A program made the translations under genes and the position numbers. The notes beneath the pieces are model-generated. The model had not been told where the DNA came from and did not search any database. It saw only the letters and a program-made list of their open reading frames with translations. From NCBI RefSeq assembly GCF_009914755.1, contig NC_060926.1: 64,000 nucleotides of DNA; one strand, given 5' to 3'. The stretch is from the human T2T-CHM13v2.0 reference genome, Homo sapiens. Each line of letters opens with the position of its first letter. Position 1 is the first letter of the stretch. Shown here one piece after another: positions 31,932 through 46,642 of the stretch.

Positions 31932-34900
31932 AACACGAATTAGAGAGTCAGAGGTCAGAGAAAGAGAGGGGAAAGCTGATGCTGAAATCGATCTCCTTCC
32001 ATTCCAGCCTAATGTTTTTTCCATGGCACTCTTTTATTTCACCCCAAACATAAGCTGATTTGCCCATCCTTGGTTCTGATTAAATTCATGCTGTAGATGA
32101 GAAGAAGCAAGCTGTGTGTTCTGCATGCCAGGTGACAGTCATCATTGCCTCCAAATAACACTTCCTGGGCACCCGCACCCTGTGGCTCTGCCCTGGATGC
32201 TGTGCAAAGTCAGGGGCCCCCACATGGCCCACCCTCCAGGAGCTTACACTCAGAATCAGCCAGACAGCTGCCACAGGACCGCAGGCACAGCGCAGAGCAG
32301 CAGGCACACATGGGCAGTGGCCGTTGAGGAGAAGCTAAGGGAGGAAGACAGCCTGCATCCCATACAGCCACCAAAGGTGCCGTGCCAGCCACTGCAGAAA
32401 ACATGGGCACACCCACACCAGCAGCTGTTCCCAGCCTTCAGCTGACGCTAGGGCAGGGAGGCCTTGCTCTTTATCTGTGGGAAATTCTCAGACTGCCTGG
32501 GCCAAAGCAGAGGGTTCCACTTGGGGCTATTCCTGACGACCACCCAGAAGTGTGCACAGAAAGCAGCACATCTGGCAGGATCTGGGAGCACATTTGCCAA
32601 GAACAGGCTGAGCACGGGAGGTGAGGCAGAGAGAGTGAGGGCCAAAAGCTGTTCCCTTAGATGTGCATGGGACTCTCTTTTGCTAAAATCACCCATCCTG
32701 TGACCATTTTGCAATGGCATCATCAAAAGCAGGAACATATTTTTATTGCCATTAGTAGTAACAAAGTATGATGAGAGTTCATCCTGGGAATATTTCATCC
32801 CAGCATGTGCTACAGGCAGGCTTCTAGCTGTGAGCTCAGGCCAGATGGAGTTTGGTGCTGGTTCTGTCACCAACTGCTTATGTGACCTTGGACTAGTCCC
32901 TCAATCTCCCTGAACTTCAGTTTCCTCCAACATAAAGTGTGGGACATTGTCTTATGTCAGTGGATTTTCATACTGGGTTCCATGGGGCCAGAGGTCTCCT
33001 CTAAGAGGAGAGCAGCAGGTGAGGCTGGAATCTCCCATCGCGCCCCTCCTGACAGAGGAGTAACACTTAGCAATTGCACAAGGAGGGGTTCCTTGTAGAG
33101 TTTTTGTGTGTGGGGGGGGAAGAGTTGTATTGCCAAGAAACATATGGAAATGCTAGTCTAAGACATGCATATCCTTCCAACTTTCTATGATTCTGAGATT
33201 GAATTTATTATCCATCCTGCTTTTCATCCTGTCTACCACAGCTTTCACATCTTTCAATTAGACATTAAGGAATGAAATAGGGACAAAGAGGTTTTGGGGG
33301 GCTTACAACATTGAGGGCCACAAATTGCATGCCATTGTCATGTGTGGGGGGTTGGTGGAAATAAGATTTTGAGGCACTTTTAAGCTATGTGGTGGATTTT
33401 AGGCACTGAAGTTTGAGTATGAGCATCAGGGGGTCCGGCCAGAGGAGAAAGATGTTTTGCTGGAATCACCCTGAGAGGCAGCCCTGGAGGAGTGAGGCTT
33501 GGCTAGGAAGAGAGGAGAGGGACGTTTCATGAAAATAGAAAGTGGTGTTCAGAGCAGAATGATCTGTGAATTTAGACCAGAAGCTGAAAGGCAAATTAGC
33601 CACCAACAGCACAGCCAATGGAAGCAACAGCCCATGTTTGCTTGCAAGGTGCAGGTAAGAAAACGTTTCCACATCCAGGAGTTCATGGCCTTACAAAGAG
33701 GCCAAAGAGAAGAAATGTGGGCACCAATGCTCTCACGATTTACAGTACTTTATGGGCTTATTGTTGAGTTGTTTCAAAGCTCTCTGACTCTGTCCTCTAC
33801 CATGCAGAAGACACACTGTGATGTCTGTCAGCACTGTAGTCTCAGGCTGCTGGCGTTAGCATCCGTAAGGGTCGTTTTGAGATGTGGTCTGTCCTTTGCT
33901 AACATTGTCCCTATGGACACAATAGACCTAGTTTCTCTTCTTAGCAACTTCCTCATACTATAGGGAAATTGGGTAATGACACAGGCATGATTACTATGAT
34001 TATTATTTTTTAGTTGGGAGGAAATAATGGATACAAATGTGCTTTGTAAAATGATGAGAACTAAATGATTCGTATATCAACATACGTTGGCTAAAACTTA
34101 AATTCTGCAGTGGTTTAATTCTACAAGTGTCAGGTCCTGTGGCCTGTGGAAAAGCTAAACACTCAGGAATCGCTCTTCTCTACTCTTTTTTTTAAAATAA
34201 CTGGCTCAGGAGGAACTAAACTATTTGTCACATTCAAGAAGGAGTTTGGCTTGGGGGCTTAAGGCTTGCTCTGTTTCAGGCAGTCAATGAAAGAGTTTGC
34301 TGAAGATTTTACATGAAATGATTCTGTGTGCTTTCAAGCCAAAATGTTTCTATTTTTATAATATTTTAACTAATGAATTTAAAATGAATGACACAAGCTT
34401 AGGGACTAATAAAGATCAACCGCAGAAGAGGAATGAAAAAAAAAATCAGCTCAAAACTTACATTCTGCTGGAATTCATTTAAGCATAGAATGAAAAATGT
34501 CCAGGGGCAAACCACCAAGTAAAACAAACAAAGATTCTCCTGCACATTAAAAGACAACTAAAGGCAAAACTATTCTGTTACAAAAAGAAAGTTTTTTGGG
34601 TGGGATAAGCATTCAAAGCATCTGTTTCATTAGGAGCAAAATCATTTCAAAATACTATCAATCCCCCACCCCCGCAAACTAATAAAACAAAGCCATTGAG
34701 AGTTGGGCATCTGTTGTACTGGGTCTTCTGGACGGCAGAACTGGAAAGACATCACTGTGCAGAACATTCTTATCCTGGCTGATGTTGTTTTCTTGTTGGC
34801 CTGGCTCTGCCTCCCTGCTCAGAATTGTAGCTAGGATGAACCGAATGCATTTTCAAGAATGAAGGAACGAGCAAAGAGCAACGAAGCATGGCTCTTCCCG

Positions 34901-36275
34901 TTAGTAATCCTTAGTGTTGCTCCTGGAGAGGAGAAATGTCTTCTGAACTCCTGGACGATTTGTTTCTGCTTTTAAAACCTGAGACCGAATCACTGTCATT
35001 GCAACAGCAGGACTACCAATGCTCTTGGTCACAGGGTTTCCGACTGTTGAAAGAAAAACAGGACGTGTCTCCTCAAGGCACTACTCCACATTTTCCAAAT
35101 TTTATTTGTTTACACATCCAGATGTGTGGGGTGACAGGTGAGGTGGGTGAGTGGATACATCCTTGAAAGTGGCCACTCTACTTCAGCCGCATGCCTTAGG
35201 ACACCTGTGTGGACATGTTGGGTGTGCATGCTCCATGGAGCAACTGGGTCCCTCTAGGATTCTCATTTTGTCTTTTCCTTAGGGAGACTTACCAAGCTCA
35301 ACTTCAGCTCATACACAGACACAGTCAGGCCAGCTACAAGTTTCCATCCTCTGCAACATTTTGAAGTCAGCAATCTGAATATACGTTATTTCATCACACA
35401 TATACACACATACACACACACACATACACACATGAATTTGCATCTCAGAATGTAAACACAGTCTGAAGAAATGAAGAAATTACATTGCCCTCACCCTTAA
35501 AAACCCTGAGGGAAAGTTTATGACCACAGATAATGTCAACACCAGGTAGATAATAAGGAAATACTAAGAGAATATGTTTTCCTGCTAGGATTGCTCTTAT
35601 TGCCTGAGAGAAATATTTGTCACAAAATAATGGGTGAGATCACCTTTTAACAATCTCAGCCTCAAACCATTATGTGTTGGGCTCTTAATCACCGTACTCA
35701 AAAATATGTTTGTTCAGAGATGAAAAAGACGAAGCACATAGACATTGTCTAATGGATTAGTCTATATTGTCATGGATTTGGATTACACAATCACAAGTAA
35801 TTGCTTTTTAACTATTCACATTTCACATTGAAATTCTTTTGCCCACAGATCATTGCATAAACTCATCACAATCCCATCATACCTCCACTGCAAATATCGA
35901 GTTTATTCTGTCTAGAACAAGAGCTCTCACGCTCATTTGATTAGTAGTGCACTTGAAAAGTCATAGTACTCTTTATAGTACACCATGGAGTGTTCATTCA
36001 TATTTAATCCTATTATATGGACGTGAAGAATGCTGCTACAGAAATAGGCCTGTCTTCCATGCATGCCACATAATATTTCAGTCACGAGAATTCTCAGCCA
36101 AAAATAACAGCTAAACCAAGTGTAATCATCCAGTTTTGAGTATTTCAATTAATATTTGTAGATTCCTTAAAAATGGTGTTATACACCAGGACTTACTACA
36201 ACAATACCTTCAAAATGGAGTGAACCTTAAAATAGAGAAAAAGCTCTTAACCAAATAATCAATGCACAAAAATAA

Positions 36276-36302
36276 GTGTGTGTGTGTGTGTGTGTGTGTG
36301 TG
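36276..36302. repeat. (TG)n microsatellite
   Basis: Directly visible. Confidence 0.95.
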
Positions 36303-37199
36303 CGCATGCACACATATGCACATGCTAAGAGAGAGCGGGAAATAGAGTTAGGAAAATTTACTTGTAAACTGAGAAAATATAATTTCTTGTACACATGTAG
36401 GTTCAGCTGGTAGAATATGAGTGTTCCACAAAATAATATTTAGAGAAACATTTCTTTAAAGGGAAAAAACTTTCCATGATTATAGTTTTCAAAGTTGTAA
36501 GTGATAGGATAATTTCTTAATATAGGAACAGGGTACACTTTTGAACAAATGATTTTGTGTGTAGCCACTCTAGGAATGGCACGAAGTCTCTTTCATGGAA
36601 CATGTACACTCTCCACCCAAAAGATGACCATGTAAGCTGGGCCCTGAAGTTTTAATGTGACTGGGGAGAACAGATACTTACAGGAGAGGTAGTTTTATAA
36701 TGATGCCTGAATTCCCTGTGGAAATGCAGTCCTGAAGAGAGATGACTAAAGCATAAATGTTTTAGATGTAAAGTGGGGAGTGATGAGGGAAACTGTAGAT
36801 CTAATGTATTATCAAGAGACTCCCCTCAACCAAGCTCTGAAAGAGAAGCCATTGATTAAACCTTAAAGGATTGGTGGATTTTTGTGGGGGCAGAGGAGAG
36901 GCAGTGGAGATGGAGAAGACAAGAGCATTGGGCAAAGGCTAAAATCAAAGTTGGACATAGTTTGTTTCTGATTCAGTGAGTGATCCTTCCTTACAGCCCT
37001 TTCTGTCCATGGGTCACAGCCATGTCTGTAAGAGGAAACCTGCTCTCATGGTATGACTTCATGTGCAAATGAACCTGGAAGAAGTGTTCACCAATAAGGA
37101 CTGTACGATTCTTAATTCAGTATCATGTAAACTCAGAATAACGTGTCCTCAGACATTAATGCCATAATCAACAATTTTCACAGCCTTTTGGGGTGTGTG

Positions 37200-37700
37200 T
37201 CAATTAGGATTGGGGTTTGGGGGAGAGGCAGTGATAGAAAATCTAATCAGTGGCTGCTTAGGCAAAACAGATGATGTATTTTGGGGTAAGGTTTAATCCA
37301 GAGGCTAAACAGATCGTCAGTGTCCAGTCTGCTTCGTCTCTCAGCTTTCTCTTCTGTTGATTTTACCCTCAGTTTCTATGCAAAGGCAGGACAGTCAGCC
37401 TGCCTAACTGTTCTGGGATATGGGAAGAATAGATAGAGAAGACATGTCTTTGCAGTAGCTCTCAAGCAAGTCTTGGAATTCACTGGGTTTGAATGTTCTT
37501 AAATCACATGCTGATTCCTGAATAGACATTGTTGTCCATGAGAGAATTTCTACCCTGATTGGTCAGGTCTGGGGCACATCTGGGGACTCATGTGAGCTAC
37601 TGTCTGAGAATGAGAGAGTGGTGATCCCCCCCCAAAAGAAATCCAGGGTTCTGTAGCCAGAAAAAAAAAGAGTGTGAATGCTGGGTAGGAGAAAAACAAA
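37200..37700 (-). mobile_element. Old MLT1 (K/L-like) LTR remnant
   Basis: CTGATTGGTCAGGTCTGGGGCACAT and related MLT1 motifs. Boundaries approximate. Confidence 0.5.
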
Positions 37701-39559
37701 GTTCCACACACATGTTGCTTCCTTTCAGATCCTGTCTCCTCACTGGATCCCAGCCTCCTCCCACTTCTTCACGCCCGTGCTCATGGCCCTAGTGATTAGC
37801 CCTGTCTTGGTTTGGCTTCTCAGCAAAAGGCTGTCTTTGTCAGCTCAACTCCGTGTTCTGTGGCTGCAATTGCTCCTGTAAAATCCAGTGGTGCGGTGCT
37901 TGATCACCGTGTGGCTCCTGGTAAACTTGGGTTTCATCACTCCACATCACTGGAGACCAGGTGTGGGGCTGTGACCTTCCTCACTGAGGCTGTGGAGGCC
38001 TGTGCTACATTGGGTAAAAGTGACATTCTAGGGTGATGCTGGTGGCAGAAGTGTGAAGATGAGTTGGGACAGAGAGAGCCACAGTCAATGGAAACCAGCT
38101 GGATTTGAGGATGAGTGGATCTGCCCCTTACTAAATGGAAAGGCCTGAAACAAAGAGCCATAAAAGCCAAATTTATTCTAAAAGAAAGACGAAAAATGTG
38201 GAAAAGGAGTATCAGAGGAAAAATCTGTTTGGGAAGAAGTAAATAAATTTGATATTTATTGGACATGTTGAGTTTATAGGGATAATGGGCTGTCTCACCA
38301 GATATCTCTAAAAGGCATAGAGGCATCTGTAATTTATTGAACATAGATTCTGTGCCAAGAATTTTACAAGACTTATTGCTAAGCCTCACAATAATCCTGT
38401 TAAGTGGATGGTTTTTGCTTTCATTTTATATAAAAATGGAAACAGAAAGATAAGTTGTCTTGATCATCTTGCTAGGGGCAGAGTTGGAATTTGAGCAAAA
38501 GGTCTGTCTCACTTCAAAGTCTAAATTAGACCCAAGTGATCAAATTGCATGGAAGTTGCAAGAGACTAAAATCTACCCAGATCAAACCAAATAAGCTCTA
38601 AGTCCAAATCCCTTTCAGCTGCTATTCACTGTTTCTGGTAGTTACTGACTAGGTCTGTGCTGATTGCTTGATTCATGCCTTAGCAAGATGAACTTGGATG
38701 GTGCATGTGAGCTGCTGGAGAGGTGCAGGAAGCCAGGGCATTGCCTGCCACTGGGAACCTGGTTGGAGAATTGAGGGCCACTTGACCTCTGTCTGCATCA
38801 AGGTCATTCATCCATGCCCCTGTGTCCCCAGTATCACTCCCAGTTCCTAATATGGAGGCTAACAGGACAGCATTGACTGAATTGTAGCCCAGTCTCTGCC
38901 CAAATTAAATTCATCAGGACCTCCTGTCTTTGTGGACCTATGAGATATGTTTTGGTCAGTTCTGAGACAGCATCAAATATTCTTCAAAAATCATTGCCTC
39001 AAACAAGAGTCAAAGGCGGGAGCTTTATACAGTTGCTCAAGGCAAGACATAGCTGTTGTTACGAAGAAACTTAAAAAACCAAAAGCAAGATAGCCTTATA
39101 ATTTCATTACTGTTCAGAATAAGCAAGTGTTCTCCAACAACTTCAAAGTTCAGATAGATGGGTAGAACCCAGGGTTCTTTCTCAGAGAGTTCTAGAATAG
39201 AATTCAGAGATAAGGTTAAATTCTGTAAAAACTTGGCCCCAAACAGATAAAATAGATTTCAAGAAAATGTTCCTTTACATGTATATAACATCTCTAATCA
39301 ACACAGAACTGTAGTTATTTCACTATTTACTAAAATTTGAGAAATATCACCATTTCACAATTTTATTAGTAAATGGAGACTCAGAGATGTCAAAGATTTG
39401 CCTAAGGCCACAAAAAGTTGCAGATTGAACTCAAAGCCAGTGTAGGTGCCCCTGTATCAGCAACCCCTGAATACTCCATCAAGAGCCAGCCAACTTCTAA
39501 TTACTAGAGCCTGCATTTTCTGTCTGCTAGATTTCTCTGTCCACCAAAGCTCACTCAGT

Positions 39560-39866
39560 CTGCCCATGAGCCCGCCGGAAGTAACAGGCTTCTTATCTCC
39601 TGGACAGGTCCATGTTCACCTAAAGGCTGGCTTGTATATACCCCAGTTCCCTTCCCCTCCACTACCTAATGCTAAGACTTCTACATCAGTGCTCAGATTT
39701 CCCCAGCAGGGTCAAGCTGAGTTAACCACACTCATAACTTGTTTGATAACAAATCTTTTACTGGCTGTCTTCCCATCCCTGTCTCATTCCTAGAATCACT
39801 TCCTAAATAAACTTTTCACTCATATCTTTGTTTCAGGGTTCGCTCCTACAGGAGCCTAAATGAACA
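39560..39866 (+). mobile_element. LTR16/LTR33-like (ERVL) LTR 3' part
   Basis: TCACTTCCTAAATAAAC ... TTTCAGGGTTCGCTCC ... CCTAAATGAACA. Confidence 0.6.
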
Positions 39867-41413
39867 GAGCCCAGTATGTCTGATTCAAAAGCCCAGACAA
39901 ACTCATTTTCCTACATGCTGTTGAAGGAGGAAAGGCTGCATGTGCTGCTCGTTACCCTAAATAAGGAGAGAGAGGTGGGAAACTTGGGTGGGAAGCCCAA
40001 GTAGACGCATTAAGTCTGAGAACATAGAATATGGTTTCACGGCCAAGAACAGGCAATCAAGAGGGACATGTGCATTGGACAACACTTTATTGTGAGGATT
40101 TCCGGGCACTATCCAATACTTTCAACCAAGACACCAACTGATTCTAGGATTCTGCGCCTCTCCAGTCGGTAGCTGAGAGATGACAGAGCCCCATACAGGT
40201 GAACAGCATGAACGTATAAAGAATCCTTGAAAGATGGAGGATGGAACTGCAGGGAGCCCCTTCAGGGACCCTCATGTAGGGCTTAGAGGGGACCATATGA
40301 ATTGCTGCTTTTGTTGGTGAAACAAGGCGGAATGCCAGCAGTTTTATATGATCAAACATAGACTGGAATTCAAAACATCTCATTTCTAATCTTTCTAGGA
40401 CTTTTCAAATTCGTTCCTTTTCAAAGCAGTTTTCCATCATAGAAAATGCTTTGAAAGGACTTGTGTTGAAATCTCGACTGGCTGTATGGTGTTGAACGTG
40501 CCACTTAACCTCTCTGAGTCTGTTAACCTTCTCTATAAAAATGGGTGTATCAAGGCCCATCTTAAGGGGTTGTGGAAATAATTAATGGGATAATCAAAGT
40601 GAAACTCTAGATCCCAGCCCTCAACACAGAATGAGTGCTCAATAACCATGACCCATCCTGCTATGGAGGTGCCTTCCAACCCTAACCTTCATCTGTAAGA
40701 AAGCGGCAACCAAGATACAGGGGAATTGGAACACCATAAAGAATAATTAACAGTGATAAAGGTTTGCTGTTGATTTGTGATTTTTATATATTAAACTGTT
40801 TACCTTAAGGTAAAAGTAAATTATTTGATAGAATTTGGAAACTCACTAGGAGAATTTTTGTTCTAACATAAGGGAGAAAAAAATCCCTGAATGGCTTAAG
40901 CTTAAGTTTAAAACTGCAATTGTAAGATTTCTGGCATAAATAGTCAAGGAAGTTATTTGGAGTGAGGCAGGAGTTTCATTTCATCACTCTTAAATTCAAA
41001 ATGCCAAAGTAGACTAAATATTTGTAATAGAAAGTTGTAGGAATTTCAGAATTCCTTTCAACTAGACTTGTGCACAAAATTTAGATCAGAGATTCTACCA
41101 AGTCAGATAAAATTTATGGAAGATGGGTTTTAAATTCAGAGTCCTATTTTTGACACCTCTTTACACAGTCATGTGTCACTTAACAACTGAGATGTATTCT
41201 GAGAAATGTATCCTTAGGCTATTTCATCATCGTGAGGACATTATAGGGTGTACCTACGCACAACAAGATAGTAGCGCCTACTACACACCTGGACTGTATG
41301 GTGTGGCCTATTGCTCCTAGGCTATAAACAGGCAGGTTAGTGTACTGAATACTATAGGCAATGGTGAGTACTTGTGTATTTAAACCCATCAAAACATAGA
41401 AAAGGTACAATGC

Positions 41414-41947
<534 letters not shown>

Positions 41948-43658
41948 CTAGGTGCATCAGTGAGTGAGTGGTAAGTAAATGTGAAGGCCTAGGACATTAC
42001 TGTACACTACAGTACACTTTATAAACACTCCGTCTACATCTAGGCTACACTACATTTTAAAAAAGACTATTCCTTCAATAGTACATTAACTTTAGCTTAC
42101 TGTAACTTTCTTACTTTATAAACTGTCATTTTTAACTTTATAACTTTCTAATACCTAGCTTAAAACACACATTGTACAACTACACAAAAGTATTCTTTCT
42201 TTGTATTCTTATTCTGTAAACTGTTTTCTAATTTAAAATTCATTCATTTTTTTAAACTTTTTGGTTAAAAACCAAGACCTAAATACATACATTAGCCTAT
42301 GCTTACACAGGGTCAGGATCATAAATATAATTGTCTTCCACCTCCACATCTTGTCCCACTGGAAGGTCTTCGGCGGAATAACACCCATGGCGCTGTGACC
42401 TTCTCTGATAACAATGCCTTCCTCTTGATTGCCTCCTGAAGATCATGCCTGGGGCTATTTTATAGTTAACTTTTTTAAAAGTAAGAATATATGCTAAAAT
42501 AACAATTAAATGTACAGTCTAGTAAATACATAAACCAGTCACATAGTCCTTTATTTTTATTATCAAACATTATGTACTATACATAATTGTATGTGCTAGA
42601 CTTTTATACGATTGGCAACACAGTAGGTTTGTTTACACCACCATCACCACAAACCCATGAGGAATGTGTTGCTCTATGATGTTATGATGGCTGTGCTCTG
42701 ACTATGCCATAGGAATTTTTCAGCTGCATTATAATCTTATGGTACCACCATCATATGTGTGGTCCATCATTAACCAAAATATCATTATATGATGCATGAC
42801 TGTACATGATTTTGGACAAAGCAATGCACTTTCCTGATTCTCAATTTTGAATCTATAACAGAAATATACCTACATCATACAATTATTGGGAGGTTAAATA
42901 ATAAGAATGTCTGAAAATATCATTATTTTAGAAACTGGAGAGTATTCATTATTTGATGAACTGATCATTTGTACAGCTAAAAGATGATGACTGTCTCCTA
43001 CCTACTCCATTATATGCAGCTGCGGCGGTTGCTCTTTGGATGAAGAGAAATGTAACGTGACATTGCCCAGAGGAATAAGCACACATCAGTTGCATGAGCA
43101 GGGGAAACATGATAAAATCAAAAAGCCATGTTTAATATTTAATTTATTATCTTTAAAGTAAGTCACATTATTTTATATTTGCAAAAACATCGAGCATTTT
43201 GAGCTTTAATGTGGTAGATTACATTTACTTTTTACATATCTGGGTACTAGACATCACAATTTTTCTTTCACAGATAAGACAAATAAGAAGCTTGGAAATG
43301 AACTGACTTCACTCATCCATTATTAAAGAAATAGTTCTCAAGTATTTAATGTAGTTTGGACATAACATGCCCAAATTGAATTAACGATCTTCCTCCCAAA
43401 TCTGTACCTTTTCCAAAGGCCACCATCTTTCTCTGAAAAAGACAATTCTAGGTATACAGTGGACTAACTGTAGTATCACACTGAAAATTTCCCTTTCTTT
43501 TTCTGCATACATTACACCAATTTGCATGCCTCATGACTGTCTATAAAATGCATAACAAAGTTGTCCTCTTTTCTTTATCTCCACTAGTGCCAACTAGGCT
43601 GAGTCTCTGTTATTTTTACCAACTGAACCACTGAATTAGCATTTGATTTGTTTTCTTA

Positions 43659-44084
43659 TGTCTCAGACTGGGTTTCCTGAAGAAAGTGTATTGGGCAAAC
43701 AGTTGGCTTCAGGTAGCTTATTTGGGAGTTGATCCCAGGAAGCTAAAGTAAGGAAACATACAGAGAAAAATGGGGAAAGAAAGAAAAACAGTGAAGGATG
43801 CATCATTGAGCTAGTTATAGCTGGAGCCAACTGCAGGTCCATGCCTTGGTGATGTGCTGAAGAACCAGAGAAGATGAATCTCAAAAATTTCTTCACAAGT
43901 CTGGGGGCTGCAGCATTTATCTGCTGATTTCAGAATCCCATAGTGGAGGGTTTCCCCTAGGATTAATAACAACCCTACTACCTACCTCCTTCATCTTCAC
44001 ATTTCTAGGCTGCATCTGGGCTAGAACTCTCAAGGATTTGTATTAAGCCCCAAGGAATTCCTGTGAAAGATACGTGTAACCCTC
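43659..44084 (-). mobile_element. LTR16-like (ERVL) LTR, interrupted by a MaLR LTR
   Basis: TGTCTCAGACTGGGTTTCCTG ... GCTTATTTGGGAGTTGATCCCAGGAAGC. Confidence 0.7.
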
Positions 44085-44496
44085 TGTCTTAGTCCAGTTG
44101 TGTTGCTATAACAGAATACTTGAGACGGGGTAATTTATAAACAATAGAAATTTGTTTGGCTCATGGTTCTGGAGGTTGGGAAGTCCAAGATCATTGCACC
44201 AGCATCTGAGGGGGGCCTTCATGCTGCATCATCCTGTGGCGGATTGTGGGAAGGCAAAAGAGCAAGAGAACAAAAGAGTGTAAGAAAGTAGTAAGTTTAC
44301 TTTTATAACAAGCCCACTATTGTGATAACTTAACCCACTCCCACAATAACCATGTAAATTCATTCATTAGGTCAGGGCTTTCTTATTAGGCCACACCTCC
44401 CAACACTGTTGCATTGGGAATTAAGTTTCCAACAAATTAACTTTTCAATTTGTAAATTAACAAATTAACTTTTGTGAACACATTCAAACCAAAGCA
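44085..44496 (-). mobile_element. MST/MLT1A-type MaLR solo LTR
   Basis: TGTCTTAGTCC ... CACATTCAAACCAAAGCA; 5-bp TSD CCCTC/CCCTT. Confidence 0.88.
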
Positions 44497-44794
44497 CCCT
44501 TGAAGTGTGAAGCCATCAGTCTCCTAAACATGTGGTTCAGGAGTCATTTTTCCACACCATGATGGGATCTAGCACAAGACTACTGCCATTATCACAAGTT
44601 TTAAGGAGGTAAAAACCATTTTCTATGATAGAACACTTAAAAAGCAACTGATACTTAATGGGAGTGAATTTGAATTTATTTACTGTTGATGGCACTTAGG
44701 AGAACTGTGACCTTGTTCCAAATAATACCAGGGAGAATAAATAAAATTTTACTAAGCTGGACTGTGTCAGAAACATTTGAAATGAATTCTTCAA

Positions 44795-44964
44795 TGTCTA
44801 ATACACTAATAGCTAACCACATGTGGCTATTTAAGTTTAAATTAATTATAATTAAATACAATTAACATTAAAATAGCCACATGTGGCTAATGCCACCATC
44901 CTGGACAGACAGCGCAGATATAGAGCATTTCCATCCTTGTTTCCTTGTCTATTGGTTAGTGCTG
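44795..44964. mobile_element. MER33-like (hAT-Charlie) internally deleted element
   Basis: Two CCACATGTGGCTA palindromic motifs; AGCGCAGATATAGAGCATTTCCATC; CTATTGG..AGTGCTG end. Confidence 0.75.
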
Positions 44965-45701
44965 GTATACATTATCTACAGTTGACTGCAAAAGCAATCT
45001 GGAATTCTTGACATCCTTGTTCAGGCCCCTTTAAAAATGCAATTTTGCAGAACTCCATCAAAAGTTGATGCCTGTTTCTCTACCCCTTAAATCTGAGCTT
45101 GCCATGTGACTTGCTTCAACCCATAGGAATATGGTGAAATTCATAAAAGCACTGACAAACATCTGTGCATGGCCACTCACTCTTGCTGCTCTTGGTTCCC
45201 ACACTTCCTGCCATGTCTCTTTCAGGTTCTAGGCATCCAAGCTGTTCCCTCATCTCTTCAAGGCTCCTATGGCTGTGCTAGCACCTCTCTCTGCCTGAAA
45301 AGTACTTTTCCTCCACGCAACCATCTGATATCTTCTCAGATAGGAGGACTCAGCTCAAGTGTCTCTCTCCGTACAGCATCCCTGGGCTGCTTTTATGTCT
45401 TCTTCTCACCCCTAGCATTTTGCACAGGCTTTCAGATGGGAAGTGAGCAGATTATAATGTAACTCCTTCTCTCAGCTCTTCCATCCTTCTAGATTGAGCA
45501 TCTCAGTGGGAAAACTTGATCTTATCCGTGTCTGTATTCCTTGCCTCTTTCATGATTCTTGGCACTGTGAATAAGTACCCCATAAATCCACAATAGACAA
45601 TTGAAAATGCTTTACAAATTCATTCTGCACTTCATTTAACTTCTTGTACATTTCTTAAATGGATGCAATCCATACAGTAACAAACATCTGCTACCCAATT
45701 C

Positions 45702-46642
45702 CCCTCTCCAATTTGTAAATATTGCTCTGTGCTCCAAAATCTATCGAAAGTACCATGGATTTTTTACCTATTATATTATCCAGTCTTCCTGATTCTGACA
45801 TTCCAATAATTTCAGTTCACAAAGTTTAAAAACTGTGGCCTAGTGGGCATAGCCTCCCAAACTCTCTTACTGGATTCCTGCTTGCTCTACGTCCTTCCCT
45901 ACCCCCAGCATCATCCTTCAGAATCATAACTTAAGATCCCTCCACAGAATATCCCCACATGGAAAAGATTCCTAGGAGTAAACACATGAACTTTGGAATA
46001 GCCTGTCCTCTAACTCAAGTGCCCAGATTCACTTTGGAAGATGTTGAAAGAACATGGTTCTAGAAGTTGGGAAGTCAAAGAACATTGCATCAGCATCTGG
46101 AGGGGACCTTAATGCTGCAACATGCTGTGGTGGAAGATGGAAGAGCAAGAGAGCAAGGGGACAAGAGAGTAAGAAGTTACTATATTCAACTAGAGAAGCT
46201 TGCGTTTAGCCCTGGATTATCTACTGTATGTACTCTAATGTTTTATCCTTCCTTGAGGAAGGAGCTTAACCTCTCTGTGTCTTGGTTTACCCATTTCCTA
46301 TTGGCAGCCTTTCAGAGTTATGTTGACAATCACAGACTGTGCATGCATATGTTCAGCAGTGTCTACTCCAGTGCCTGGCACTTTGGAGGGGCTTACAAAG
46401 GGCTTGCATGTAGCTACTAAAGAATATCTAGAATCCAAAATCTATTACCTGTTAGGATACTTCCTAGGCATGTGACTCCTCCTGTCAGAAGCCTCCCAGG
46501 GCCCAGAGAAGTATGTCTTCATGCCTTCAGAATCTTCTGACCATATAGTAGATAATGGATCTGGATAATACAGTAGATAAAAAATCCATGGTACTTTAGA
46601 TAGATTTTGGAGCACAGAGCAATATTTACAAATTGGAGAGGG
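45702..46642. repeat. 82-bp inverted repeat (arms 45702-45783 and 46561-46642) with a 777-bp spacer
   Basis: Manual alignment gives 78/82 identical with no gaps. Confidence 0.95.

Noticed and set aside
34462-35043. Additional minus-strand acceptors (34539, 34922, 35043) and a donor (34462)
   Set aside because: No convincing pairing, or the enclosed sequence is intron-like; treated as pseudo-splice sites.
44795-44964. Palindromic CCACATGTGGCTA pair as a novel hairpin
   Set aside because: Explained by MER33/MER3-type internal structure.
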